From Laetmonice hystrix (Eukaryota), in assembly GCA_965235115.1 (NCBI GenBank), contig OZ249436.1, positions 6,388,001 to 6,452,000 of the forward strand: DNA of 64,000 nt, in the 5' to 3' direction. Position 1 is the stretch's first letter. Each line of letters starts with the position of its first letter. Position numbers and translations under genes: made by a program. Below are positions 12,801 to 25,009 of this stretch, in pieces. Below the pieces are notes generated by a model, which searched no databases, was not told the origin of the DNA, and was given only the letters and a program-made list of their open reading frames with translations.

Positions 12801-15800
12801 AGGTCACGACAGTCGCGCTGTAAGGGCTTGCAAGCAGTTGCAGAGGCTAATCCATCAAGAAAAATGACATTGCGAAAACCATTTGACTTTAAACTTAAAG
12901 CCACTCATTTATTTTATTGTGATTTTGAGGATCAAGGATGAAAGCAGTGATGGGCACTCAACCCAGCACAAATTACAGAGTGAAATTCCATCTTTTAATT
13001 AAAAACTCCATGGCTGCTGCAAGGGTATAAACGTTGGTGAATTCAGCCTCTTAGTTTTCATCTTAAAAGTATTATCTTATGTTCTGCATAATTCTACCTT
13101 ACCTTTTCGATAATGGGTCAACTCAAGATCATCACATGTTGACTGGACCTTGAAAACAAGGACCAGTTGCCTTTGCTTGGTGCAGTTTTCTTAGATTGTG
13201 GTATCGAGACACATACATCGGATTGTTAGTCTTAGTACAGTTTAGTTGTAAGTTGACATTGAAAGCTTTTCCTGAAGTATCAACTTACTGACAAAGCTAG
13301 GGGAAAACAAAATGTGTTTGAGCCTCATGTTTCAAATTATAGTTAGCGGGGGATCTGCCCCCAACCCCTTTTAATATTCCTAGAAGCAGCACTGAATGAC
13401 ACTGTTGGAGTAGGGATAAGCCTGCCACAGTGGCCCGTCAAGAGCACCAGTAGTGGGGGTATGCCCTCTACAAACCCTCCCACCACCAGGAAGACATCAG
13501 TGTCCACCAGTACCACCAGGGGGACAGGTTTGTAGGAAACCCATGGTTTGGCACAGTCTAGTATCTATGATCAAGTCTCTGAAATCTCTCTCTGTTGCTA
13601 CCTACTGGTTTTTCTTCAACATCTCTACATATATTGTGCTGTTGTGGTTTTCTACTAACTGAGGCTGGATTTAACTATTCGTACTTCAAAGGGCCATGGT
13701 TTGTTTGTACCGGTACTGGTTCGGATGACAAATAACAGGCCAAGCCTGGGAGCTAATTTTCTTTTATAAAGTTATACAGTTGATCATTTGAATCCATCAA
13801 CACTTGGAACACATTTTAGTGAAAGCACAAAAATCTGTAAAAGAGTTCTGTTGATTTAAAACCCGTTAATTTATGAGGTAAAAAAAGTCGGTCTGAGAAA
13901 AGTAGCGTGTAGGAATTGAATCCTGAGAACAGGCACAGATGGCATAAAAGAAAATACTACCTGGAATACGGCTGATGTTTATTATTAATGTGTTTTATTT
14001 TAAGTGGTTCATAAGAATTAAAAATTCGGGTTAAAGTTTCTCTTAATCTATTAGTCAAGTTTCCATTAAATTTGAAATGTTGCTCATAATTACTCTTCTC
14101 CTACTCGTAATAGTCATATTCTAATTATAGAATAATAAATAAATTAAGCTGTATGGATTTATTCCTGTTTTGGTCTCTCAGCTGTGAAAATATAAATTTA
14201 CAAATTTCAAGGCTTTTCATACTTCATATTTTATGATTTTCAAGATATCTCTTTTCTCAACCAAAAGTTAAGCCTAATCAGGATTAAGAAAATACACAGA
14301 ACAGAATTATGGTATACATGTGTACCGGTAAATATGTCATTTAGTTCTGGATTTCTCTTCAGGAGCTTATATATTTCAGCTACTGTTGTATTCAGATGGC
14401 ATCTTATCATCGTGAGCACCTTGATTTCAATGTCTTCATTATATATTCTCTGCCCTAAAACAGGAGAAAAATCCTATGGCCCATTGAGCTTTGTTGACTT
14501 TTGTAGAAAAAACTGCCACGGGTCCGGACAATCGGCCTCGCAAACCACAACCGCACATGGGGAAGACTGGCATAGGTTTGTTTCCGTATTCTTTTCTCTG
14601 TTATTTTCTGTTCTCAGAGCACAATTTTTGTATGGCATTACAGGGTTCGGGTACAGGGTTCCATTTGGACCTTACCTTTGACATAATCACAGCTATGGAG
14701 ATCATGGCATACAGTCTGAGCTGTAGCTTCAAAGCCTTCTATCACAGAAATAAGAGTAGGCCGCCCATGCAGTGATCCCCTGTAAAGTCGTTGTGTGGTT
14801 TAGGAGTCTTCAGGATTTGCATTGTACGGTCTTCCTGTGTAATTTCAGGGTCATAATTTTTGCTTTACATGTATATAAAAAACAGAAAGCAATGCCCCCA
14901 GCAGGTCTGTGGTCCATGACAGGCTAACTAATAATTATTTAAATAATGTTGTTCAAGGGAATTTCCCCCCAGTAATATATTTGATTTACTTCACCCTACA
15001 AGGAAAGGGTACTAATTGAGGTCAGTTACCCAAAGGCACAGGTACTAAATGCTTCAATGCCTTAGGCCTCTGCTTGCCCATAATCATGGCGAGAAACTGT
15101 GGTAGTAGATGATGTGGTGTTCAAAATGCTGGGCTAATAGATTGATATTTACCAAAAACTGACAGTTTTATTTGTTGTCTCTTACCTGTAGATATGGACT
15201 CGAATCGTGAACCTGGCCAGTTTCAAGGTGAGATGCCAGGGCCTTTCAAAGGTGAGAACCCAGCACAAATCATACTCTACAGGATATATCCTGGAAATTT
15301 TGGAAGGACTTGGGGACGTTTAGGGGGCACCTAGGACTGGCATTCTCAGGGAGGATATAGGAGGAAGTAGCCAATTTTTTGTTGGGAGGAGGGGGCGGTG
15401 GGGGCAGGTGAGACTCCCTGGCCGAGGTGAGTATTCAACACAAACCATCATTATTTTATAGGGGGTTGCGGTGCATCATAATAAGCTTAGGGCAGTTTTC
15501 TTCTCCCAAATAAGGACTTTTAATGTGGCCATTTTATGATTAATTAAGGTGACCTAAAGTGGCCAACCTTGCCAGCACTGGTGACTGAAATATCCATTAT
15601 CTCTTGTTAAATCATTTTATCCATTATGTTATCTGGCACTTTTATGATTATGAACAGATGAATTTATTCAAAGTTATACTTAAAATGGGTCAATTGCTTT
15701 AGGTCCAACAGAGGCACCACCAAAACCACAAGAAAAAGGTTTGTGGATTTTTGCCAATATGTAACTTCTTCAGGAATTATTTCACTAACACAGTTTATGA

Positions 15801-18800
15801 GTTAACAGAAAATGGTGGTGGGCACTGAACTTTCTTACAGATATTAGTCATGCATCTTTTAAAATAAACGGTTCCTCCATTCCGAATATGAGTGAAAACT
15901 AAAAGATAAAAGGTATGAATTCGGAAAAAGTAAGAACAATTTTATTGCCATGAAGGGAACAGCCGACAAAAGGAAAACGTCGTTATTGTTTATATGTGAA
16001 TATTTCTCATACCTTGGAACGTGCTGTTATCATACTTTGGAACAGGTGATATTTTCTGTGAGAAACTTGTTTAGAATTGACACTGTTTATTAAGCTTACA
16101 CGTAGTTTTGATGGTTTCTGATAAATGCACATTGTTTGGTGGCAGTCAACATGAGATAAACCTGAAGGATAGTCTACATCTCGTTTAACCTATAGTAACT
16201 GGGCCCGACATAGTCTAATTTGATTTATTTTCACGGTGGTTATATTTTCATGCAAAGGTGAATAATTGCATGAAACTAAGTCTGCCGGGTTACAAGTTGC
16301 ATGAATTTGGAGATTCATATTGATTTCCATGCTGGCCCCAGCATATTTTGTACTGGTATCTGTGTGCAGTGGCATGGGGCAGGACTATGATCAGAACAAT
16401 TAAAGGCAGTCGTCAGATCAAAATCAACAAAAGTGGCTTTTCTACAGAGTAGTAATTCTTTCTAGTACTTTGAAAAGTACCTAAAGTGGGCATGTCAACA
16501 TGGTTGCAGTGCAAGTTTCTACTTGTTCTTGGTTTGAATACCTAACTCCTGGTGATTACTCACTTAGAGGTGTTTACTGAGTCTAAGCTTTTACTCACCG
16601 CCATTTGACAAAGTCAGTTGACAAACTATAAAACTGCCTTGGGCTGGGTGAAAGGATCAGGCTGGATTCTAGGACTTGACTGTGTTTGGAAGGTGCTTTG
16701 TCTAATCTAATTAACAACCATGGATTTACTTGAAGATAAAGGAGGATCAACCCCGTTGTCAAGCTTTGTCATGCAGTAGGCTTTATTTTAACCTTGTGAT
16801 TGCAATGTGTATAATGCCTGCTGTTTTAAAGCTAGCGCCAATGACAGTTATGGTATCGCACCTGGGGGTCCGGGCAAAGATCCATTTAGGCCTGATCCCT
16901 TTGACCCCGACGAATTTGACCAGGAAGAGTTCGCAAACTTAGATGATCAGACAGATCTTGATGATGATGGATGGGATGACCGCGTTCCGAAACCCAAAGC
17001 ACCGGGTAAATGACCTCTACGTTTTTGTTTGAGAAACAGATGACCATATATTAATACTGGGGTATATGCAGTGCCCATAGTCGTCACTGATTGACACTAT
17101 ATTCAGGGTTCCCAGGGGTTTCAGGGAAACCAGATGAAGTCTGGGGTTTAAAAAAAGAAAGTCAAATCCTCGGAGAGTAATTCATGGTCAGGATGCCATT
17201 CTTCATAGCTGATGCTAGGTGAAAATGGACGGAGTCCTGAACCGGAAAAGTCTGGGAATGTTGTTAATCTGATGGCTTGGGAACCCTGATATATTGTATT
17301 CAAGGATGAGAGTATTCCGATTTTCCTTGGAAATCCGTGTTTTACCAGCTTATGTTTAGTCACCGTCAGTCGGCACACACATACCTGTGTACACATCTTC
17401 ATACACATAGAACACTTCCTTGAATTTTTACATCTACCAGGGACATTTTATCGGGGGGGCATTGCCCCCCCCCCTTGAATTTTGACAACCCCAAAAGGTC
17501 CAGAATTTGGGAGGCATATGTCGGAAAGAAAGGTCCACAATTATGGATGCTTTGTAAAATATATCAAAATTGGTACACCCAAAAAGTTTCTTATCTTTCT
17601 ATTTGCTGGTTTACCAGAGTTAAACCCTCCCCAGAATTCTTCCAAAGGCCCCCTCCAAAAAAAAAAAATCTCCCCGAAACAGAGTATCATCTCCTGGTGT
17701 GCAGGTTTCGTCTGGGTATCATCCGTATTATCGTCACCAGGACGGGACTGAAAGTGTAAAATACTCTCCCTGAAGACTGCCGGTGGAACCAGCATGTATC
17801 AGTGTTACGTTGGAGTGCTTAGAGACACTCGCTTATACTTTAGTTTCACTCCTTTATTCTAGCCACGATGTTACAAGGCTAATGGTAATCCACGGAGTGT
17901 CCGTATGTCCTCCCGGCAACTAACTAATGTCGGGGGTGCAGGCGGGGGCTTGTGGTGCCCCCCACAGTTCACTTAAGTCGCTTACAGGGTATAGCTTTTT
18001 AATGACACCTCCTTTGATTAATATATGAAAACCATATGTGCTGATATGATGGGCCATGTGGCCGTATCATCAGTGCAAAGAAATGTCAAGTGCACAATGC
18101 AGCAAAGCTAGAAATATTGCAAACATGCTTCCAAGCAGATTGGCTGTGCTAAATGTTGTAAGTTGAAGCAGTGCGCAGTCTGTCTCCATGTCACCATGAT
18201 AAGACTCAGGGCTGTGAAGTTTGTGGCTGTGCTGGGGCATCGTTTGGAGAAGGCTGTGACACTCTTCCATCTGTGGGTGTCGGATACATTGTTCCCTGCG
18301 TGGGTTTAAATGACTCGTGTTTCTTGTAGAAGATCTCGTGTTTGATCGTCCTGAAGACCAGATGGAAGATGATGACTCTTTCTCACAGCTTAATCAAGTT
18401 GATGGTAGGCCATGTGGTACCCTAGCTTTGGAAAGTCAACAACCTGCATGTTGGCCTCTTAGGGCATTATCAGTTTGTCTGGTAGGTCGAGCCATGTGGT
18501 ACCCTAGCTTTGGAAAGACCACAACCTGCATGTTGGCCTCTTAGGGCATTGTCAGTTTGTCTGGTAGGTCGAGCCATGTGGTACCCGAGCTTTGGAAAGT
18601 CCACAACCTGCATGTTGGCCTCTTAGGGCATTGTCAGTTTGTCTGGTAGGTCGAGCCATGTGGTACCCTAGCTTTGGAAAGACCACAACCTGCATGTTGG
18701 CCTCTTAGGGCATTGTCAGTTTGTCTGGTAGGTCGAGCCATGTGGTAACCTAGCTTTGGAAACTCAGTAATCTGCATGTTGGCCTCTTAGTACGTTGTCA

Positions 18801-21755
18801 ATTTGTCTGGTAGATGTGTGCATTCAAAGCATCATGGTCATGTATCTGGTAGCTTAGTGCATTTAACAGATTGTATGTTGTAAAAGGGCAATTTTTCTAT
18901 TCAATAATTATTTCAGTTTTATAAGGTAGTAGGTCTTTACATTTATTATAGGATTGCCTTGCGTTTTAACGTGTGGTGGCTCGTAACAGTAATTGGTATA
19001 TTGAATATAATTTGTTGGTTCTTTACTTGTTGGTGCCTGCATGGTCAGTACCTGTGTTGCACGTTGGCAGTACTGTTGGGGTAGAACAACATTGGCCAAT
19101 AGATGCAGGTCATCCTGTAGAGGGTGTAAGTGGTAGCTTCGAATATTACCGTTCGTGCCCGTGTCACCGTTACTGAAATCTCTGAGTGCTTTGTGAATAA
19201 GCCAACCCTTTGAGTCGTCGTATTTGAGATACCAGCGAGATCGAATCAAGTCCTATTGTAAGGTGGTAGGTCTGGTCTAGTTGTCTTGGTAGAAAGGTGT
19301 TGAAGGTGACAGCATGTTGTAACGGAGGCGTACATCTGCGTTAAAAACACTGTTTTCAGTTGCATGGTTGTAGCTCAACATTTCAGGAAGAACATGCTTT
19401 TACTTGCTCTACATATATCTGCATGCTTCGAATGTGAAAACGAGGCATAACTCGCAAATTGTCTAACATGATCGCAAAAAGAGAAGTAAATAAATATAAC
19501 ATATTTTGCAATAGCTTTTTGAATAAGGGTTTATTCTTCACATAGCTGTTAGTATTCGTTCAGAAACCGTTATTTTCGTTGTTGTAAAGATGTATATTTG
19601 TCATTTTTTAAACATCTTTATCCAAGCTTCAAGTAAGATTTTCGCTCACCATGCACATACATGTATCTCTTTCGCTGGCGCTTAAAATGTAATGTTGGCC
19701 ATAAAAACCCATCATTGTCTTTTCCTGTTAACGTTTTCAATTTTTATAAACTTGACATTTTTTTACAGGCCAACAGAATTCTCAGCCATCGAAAGGTCAG
19801 ATGAGTAATCCATATGGTAAGACGCCATCTAGCGGTCACTTCATGGCCTACTTCATCACTGCTGGTGTCTTCGTCATCATTGGATATCTTGCCTTCCACA
19901 ACAAACAAAAGGTGGGAAATTTGACCTTTGACATAGCCTAACCAAACCGACCCCGAGCCGGACTTACTGAACCCTTGTTAAAGTTCTACAAAAGCTGGTC
20001 TAGGACGCTATTTTAACTGGGTAAAGCATTCATCTTCAATGTCCTTAGTCTGGTAATCGTAATATAGTTGAAAGGAGAATGAGAAGTAAGAGTAAATTCT
20101 GAGCATGCTGGGAAAATGATGCATTTCAGATCCTGGCTGTAATCGTGGAGGGTCGCCAAGGGGACAGTCGTCGCCATGGCAACAAGGAATATAAAAGTCT
20201 TTCCTCCGATGACGCAAAGCCTCTTGTTGGATACTAGGTACATGAATGCAGTAAGGGGACTGTGTGATGGCAACTCTGGCCAGTAACCGGCACATAATCC
20301 ATCCTTAGGCTTACAACGTGTGCTCCAATCCTATGCTATGGCATCCAATAAAACTGATCGCAATAATTATAAATTATCGTGGGCTCAGACATTTAATATC
20401 TCAGAAATTTTGAAAATGAAAACTCGCTAGATTATACATTATGTCACACGTAGCACACCTCCCACTGAGCTGTATTTTATTTTGTCCCCGCTTTATAAGT
20501 GTTGAGTAGAAAAATAGCAGTTTTTTTCTGGTTGGATACAATAACGTGGAGGGCATGCCATTTGCTTTCAACTGCTGCTAACTTCATGACCATCCCTAAC
20601 CTCTCTCGCTTTTCATGATTCGTTTTATTGTATATCACTTTGTGAACTCCAACTTTGGTTTTACTATTTTTGTGTGTGTATGTTATTTTTCCTATTTCAC
20701 ACTTACACTTCATTTCCAAACAGTTTAAATTTTAAGTTTAAAAGTTTGAGCATATCGCTCCAGTATTGGAACTGGACTTATTTTACAGCTATATCAATTA
20801 TGTCTACTGAGCATAACGCATAAACAAATTGATTGAAAAATTGCTACATGTAGACCTATTGCTGACATTAAAAAATACACGTGTAATATGCTCAGAGGTG
20901 ATCTTTAAAAACAAAGGCTTGTTAAAAATTACATTTGGACCGCCGCAAGGCCTCCATGTATACTCACCTTTCACAGTACTGGTTGGAAATAAATGTCCCC
21001 CCCCCCCCCATTCCAATAAGTCGTATGTCGAACATGACAACCATGTCAAAATCACCGGAAAATCCAGGAGTTTTAGTTCCTCCCAAACTGAAGAGCAGTC
21101 GTGCTGTGATTGGTCACAGCACGATAACGTCAAATTAGCAGACGCTATGGCTGCATCCACACGCTGAGCAGGCTCTGGCACCAAAATGCTTATAACTTAA
21201 CTATTTGAAGCCCAATTCTGTTCAAATCCTTTTAAACTTGCTTAAAATTTCACGGCCTTTGTGCCTGGCCATGTGCCAACTGGGGCGTTATAATTGAGGT
21301 GAGATACAAGGTGTCGGGGATGGGCATAGTCGGAGCTGCCTCTAGTTCATCCTGTTTGACAAGTCGGTATGATTCGGAGTTTGAGTAACACGCACCATGA
21401 CTAATTCACATCAAACCTACTGATGATAACTTTACCAGTCTCAACCGTAAAGCCAGTCTGTAGAACTGATGAGATCCTGCAGTCCCCTTATGCATTCATT
21501 CACCTGGATCTCGGTGTATGCAGTCGATAAACGTGCACAAACCTGTGCAGTGGTGTTTCCAACATCTTGTGTTATCCAATTTGTATGATTTGTTTTTAGA
21601 TCATGGCATTCATCATCGAGGGCCGTGGTTCAAACAAGGGCAGACGGAGAGGAAGCTCAAACAGTACTACCGAATATCGCAGGTTAAAAAACAACGTCGA
21701 GGAAGCAATGCCAAGTCTAGACAAAAGTGCATCCACACAAAACTACGTCTATTGA
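6889..21755 (+). CDS. TGN46 (TGOLN2)/KCT2 (C5orf15)-family type I membrane protein, distal-tail isoform
   Basis: Exons 6889-6994 (signal peptide), 9221-10648, 11066-11104, 13384-13527, 15192-15227 or -15251, 15703-15738, 16832-17005 (acidic), 18330-18404 (acidic), 19769-19911 (TM: SGHFMAYFITAGVFVIIGYLAFHNKQK), 21600-21755 (IMAFIIEGR...EYRRLKNNVEEAMPSL...NYVY*). All phases fit. HF..Y......TM..HNK.K-I is the family signature; YRRL is a YxxPhi motif. Confidence 0.88.
7505..7613. mobile_element. Small PIF/Harbinger-like MITE
   Basis: TIR TGCCC(A/G)GTGCACACTAC with TAA on both flanks. Confidence 0.65.
8238..8760. mobile_element. hAT-type MITE
   Basis: Ends CAGGGCTGGT...ACCAGCCCTG; perfect 8-bp TSD TGTGAGCT (8230-8237, 8761-8768); subterminal GATTTAAATC palindromes. 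Confidence 0.85.
9259..10380 (+). repeat. Coding tandem repeat, 126 nt / 42 aa x about 9
   Basis: PQTPGGPQNPMTPQNHADLPSQAGSQPQLGPQGQVKLPNPAV units start at 9259, 9385, 9511 ... 10267 within exon 2. Confidence 0.95.
11149..11697. repeat. Intronic minisatellite, 59 bp x about 9
   Basis: Unit GATGACCTGTAAAATTACAGGTTCACACACAGAATACTTCATGGGGAAGTGACTGCGAGTT, copies near-identical. Confidence 0.95.
11765..12489. mobile_element. Harbinger-like MITE with CTG TSD
   Basis: Ends GGTCCCGTTTCTCATC...GATGAGAAACGCACCC, inverted subterminal CTTGTCGTGCGTTAA / TTAACGCACGACAAG, CTG on both flanks. Confidence 0.65.
18403..18812. repeat. Minisatellite, 82 bp x 5, starting at an exon donor
   Basis: TGGTAG-starting units at 18403, 18480, 18562, 18644, 18726 (remnant at 18808). 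Confidence 0.9.
20130..20237 (+). CDS. Alternative (proximal) terminal exon of the TGN46/KCT2-like gene encoding a second cytoplasmic tail
   Basis: tttcag acceptor, phase 0 matching the TM exon; encodes ILAVIVEGRQGDSRRHGNKEYKSLSSDDAKPLVGY*, homologous to the distal exon IMAFIIEGR...RR...EYRRL; own AATAAA at 20347-20352. Confidence 0.8.
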   Translation: MLAVIVEGRQGDSRRHGNKEYKSLSSDDAKPLVGY

Positions 21756-22185
21756 CAATATTTCAGTCGCAAGTTTACTTCTTGTGTGTAAATTATTTGA
21801 AGTGATGAGGCTGTCGGGTGAATTCAGCTGGTTACTGGGGGAAAAAACAATGAAAAAATTGGCCTTCTGTACCGTCAGCATATGAAAAGTAAGCATGATG
21901 GTTGTTATATACTGTATGACATGGCGCGGCCAATACAAAACATGAAATGGGAATTACTAGATATTGTGATGCATGTACCCTTTCGTAGTCCACGGGTCTG
22001 TTTTCTCACGTTTCGGGTGGAAAACACTGGTGATCGTAGGCTTGTGTACAGTGAAGGCACGTCACCTATAATTGAGGGGATCTCACATCTTCCTGGCCTA
22101 CTTATGGGGCGTCATGGAAGTGAGCATATACAAAGTGTGGAATTGGTTAAGGTATGGGACAGTAAAGATACAGATATCATTGGAA

Positions 22186-22630
22186 CAATTGTTGATATAT
22201 GTATCAATGGTTTGACAATTGTTGATATATGTATCAATGGTTTGACAATTGTTGATAAATGTATCAATGGTTTGACAATTGTTGATATATGTATCAATGG
22301 TTTGACAATTGTTGATATATGTATCAATGGTTTGACAATTGTTGATGTGTGTATCAATGGTTTGACAATTGTTGATGTGTGTATCAATGGTTTGACAATT
22401 GTTGATGTGTGTATCAATGGTTTGACAATTGTTGATGTGTGTATCAATGGTTTGACAATTGTTGATGTGTGTATCAATGGTTTGACAATTGTTGATGTGT
22501 GTATCAATGGTTTGACAATTGTTGATGTATGTATCAATGTTTTGACAATTGTTGATGTATGTATCAATGGTTTGACAATTGTTGATATATGTATCAATGG
22601 TTTGACGTTGATATATGTATCAATGGTTTG
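22186..22630. repeat. Minisatellite, 30 bp x about 14 (probable 3' UTR)
   Basis: Unit ACAATTGTTGATRTRTGTATCAATGGTTTG; explains the spurious repetitive ORFs 21882-22649 and 22112-22777. Confidence 0.95.
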
Positions 22631-23468
22631 CCATAATTGGTGTGTGTAGAGGGTTGTGACTGGGTTTCCCAGTGCATTGTGTATATTTCCGTTTTGAGGA
22701 GGGATATAATAATTTAATGAAGTGATACAATGATGAGTCTGTAGTCCCTGGCCGACAGCGCTGAGGGCAGCAGTCAAACCGATTTATTGCCCGTCACTGA
22801 GAGGTAACAGTGAAGGGAAAATGATGTTTCACATACTGAAAATGTTTTCAAAAACCATGTGATAATGATAGGACCGTAATTGTTTTTCCTGTGATCGATT
22901 AGTCCAAGGTTTGTTATTGGAACCCAGTGGAGTGTGTGAAAGGGCGTGTATGTTTGTATATATCTCTGTTACGAGCATGCGATGGCCATTCTGATCATCA
23001 TGCTGGAGAGCTTTTATCGAGATTTTGTGATCTAGAAGAAGGACTTTTCCGAAAACAATATAATGCTTGGTCCGCTTTCAAGCATTGTATCTTCGAGCAC
23101 TAATTACGTGTCTGTACTCACATAACATGAGAGGATTCCAATTATAATATATGAGTTCACATGACCTAGAATGCTGACCGTTTAGATGAAAGGAATATAA
23201 TTATGTAATGGAGTTAATTCGAGTTATTAATAGCGGCACGTTAGAATATGCGAGTAGCTAATTGAAGATAGTAATGTAGGCCTGAATGCGCCGCACATCT
23301 GCATTCCTGTGTGGAGATATTCACCCATTATGAGGTGGTTGTTGAGCATTGTATCCCAGAGATATTACGAGCAGAGTAAAAGGCACGTATTAATGAATAT
23401 CTTTGTTCGACGCTCACGCTCAGTAGATATTGAGTCACTTTTAGTCCCTCCACTTCTTTATATTCCAT

Positions 23469-23484
23469 CCACTAGGGGGCGCTA
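23469..23484 (+). promoter_or_regulatory. CTCF-like motif
   Basis: CCACTAGGGGGCGCTA matches the CTCF core consensus; motif only, no binding data. Confidence 0.4.
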
Positions 23485-23529
23485 ACAACATGGTCACGTG
23501 TGCCCGCCATTCATAGAGTTACAGTTCTT

Positions 23530-23858
23530 CCCCTATCACTGGTACAGTGTACCTCCCCTACCACTGGTACAGTGTACCTCCCCTACCACTGGTACAGTGT
23601 TCCTTCCCTACCACTGGTACAGTGTACCTCCCCTACCACTGGTACAGTGTATACCTCCCCTACCACTGGTACAGTGTTCCTCGATCCCCTACCACTGGTA
23701 CAGTGTTCCTCCCCTACCACTGGTACAGTGTTCCTCCCCTACCACTGGTTCAGTGTACCTCCCCTACCACTGGTACAGTGTACCTCCCCTACCACTGGTA
23801 CAGTGTACCTCCCCTACCACTGGTACAGTGTGCCTTCCCTACCACTGCTACAGTGTAC
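23530..23858. repeat. Minisatellite, about 25 bp x 13
   Basis: Unit CCTCCCCTACCACTGGTACAGTGTA with internal CACTG-GTA-CAGTG hairpin. Confidence 0.95.
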
Positions 23859-24485
23859 TGAGTTTGGACAGATCAGTGGGACATCAAGACACTGAATCAT
23901 GCTGCATATCATGTAGAACTAAGACACAGTCCCGGAGAGTTTGTATAGACAATATTAGAAATACGATCAATCCTAATTTACTGGGGTTATTTTTGACAAT
24001 GAATCTAATTTCTCTATGCAGCAAAAGAATCATCAGGATAGATGTTTGACCTTTGTAGGCGACAGTCATCAAGAGAAACGACCGCCGTGTCTTTGAGCTA
24101 AAGTGACAAATTACGGCTAATCTTGTTCAACCTGGAGGTCGAGACGGGGGGGGGTGCTAGTAAATATCCGACAGCATACAGGAGTTTGGATACACGAGGA
24201 AAGTCGCAGGCACACTGTCGGGTTAGCCGATATACAACTGTTGTGGTGAAATGTAGGTTTTCTATCACTGGTACTTTGGTTTATTAATTCAAATTCATTC
24301 AACTGTAGCCTGTCAGTTTGCGGGCTAACGTAGCTGAAGGAAAGAAGCAACAGTTGTCGGGGATTGCTGAACACGTTGGTTACCAGTCTGAGTCTATCGT
24401 CGAGGTGCAGTCAATGTCGGTCATTTTATACCATGACTGGTGAGTTGTGTACATAGTCTGCAGTCAGATGTTTCTTTTTTTTGTA

Positions 24486-24491
24486 AATAAA
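24486..24491 (+). terminator. Candidate polyadenylation signal for the distal TGN46/KCT2-like isoform
   Basis: AATAAA followed by ATTAAA and a GT/T-rich tract (gtgttttgtttc); implies a 3' UTR of about 2.7 kb. Confidence 0.45.
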
Positions 24492-25009
24492 AGATTAAAA
24501 ATGAAGTGTTTTGTTTCAAGTTCTGTATCGACCATCATGATCCGGATATCTCGTGAAAGCAGTCCAGATTGAAGTGAATTTACATTTAGAATCACAATTT
24601 GATGTCATCTCGGCCCGAACAACAGTAGCTCCCTCTATCAACCAGCTGTTCAGCCGTGTAGAAAAAATACCAGAAAGATGTTAAAGATATCTGCATGAAC
24701 CAAACGGGCGTGTTTTAGCAAGCCGTTTTAAAAATAATTTATCCAGCGGCTATTTCAGTAAAAAAAAAAAACTCCCTTTAAATCCACTCTAGGTCAGATC
24801 AAAAATCTGGTCGTGATAGGTCACGGCCTGTAGTCACAAACGTCCTGAAACGAGAACAGCCGAGGGCGGGTGATGTCTCTCTGACATGTCGGCCGACCGT
24901 GTCGGCAGGTCGCAGTAGGCCTACAGTGATGACCTCATCAAGAGATCCCACCCGACATCGGGGGCAACTGAACGTCAGCATACACCTGAGCTGGATTTTT
25001 GTTTAGGTC

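Noticed and set aside
18850..19300. Possible Penelope-like RT relic on the minus strand (LIHKALRDF...LQDDLHLLANV)
   Set aside because: Only a vague resemblance with no catalytic motifs; needs tBLASTn against a TE library.
21420..21469. C/D-box snoRNA candidate (TGATGA...CTGA) in the last intron
   Set aside because: Only about 50 nt, no terminal stem, and no rRNA guide I can identify; snoscan or Infernal would be needed.
21882..24049. Repetitive ORFs (LTIVDVCING, PPLPLVQC), and similar ones at 45.8-47.6, 57.3 and 62.5 kb
   Set aside because: They arise from stop-free minisatellite units and have no splice or homology support.
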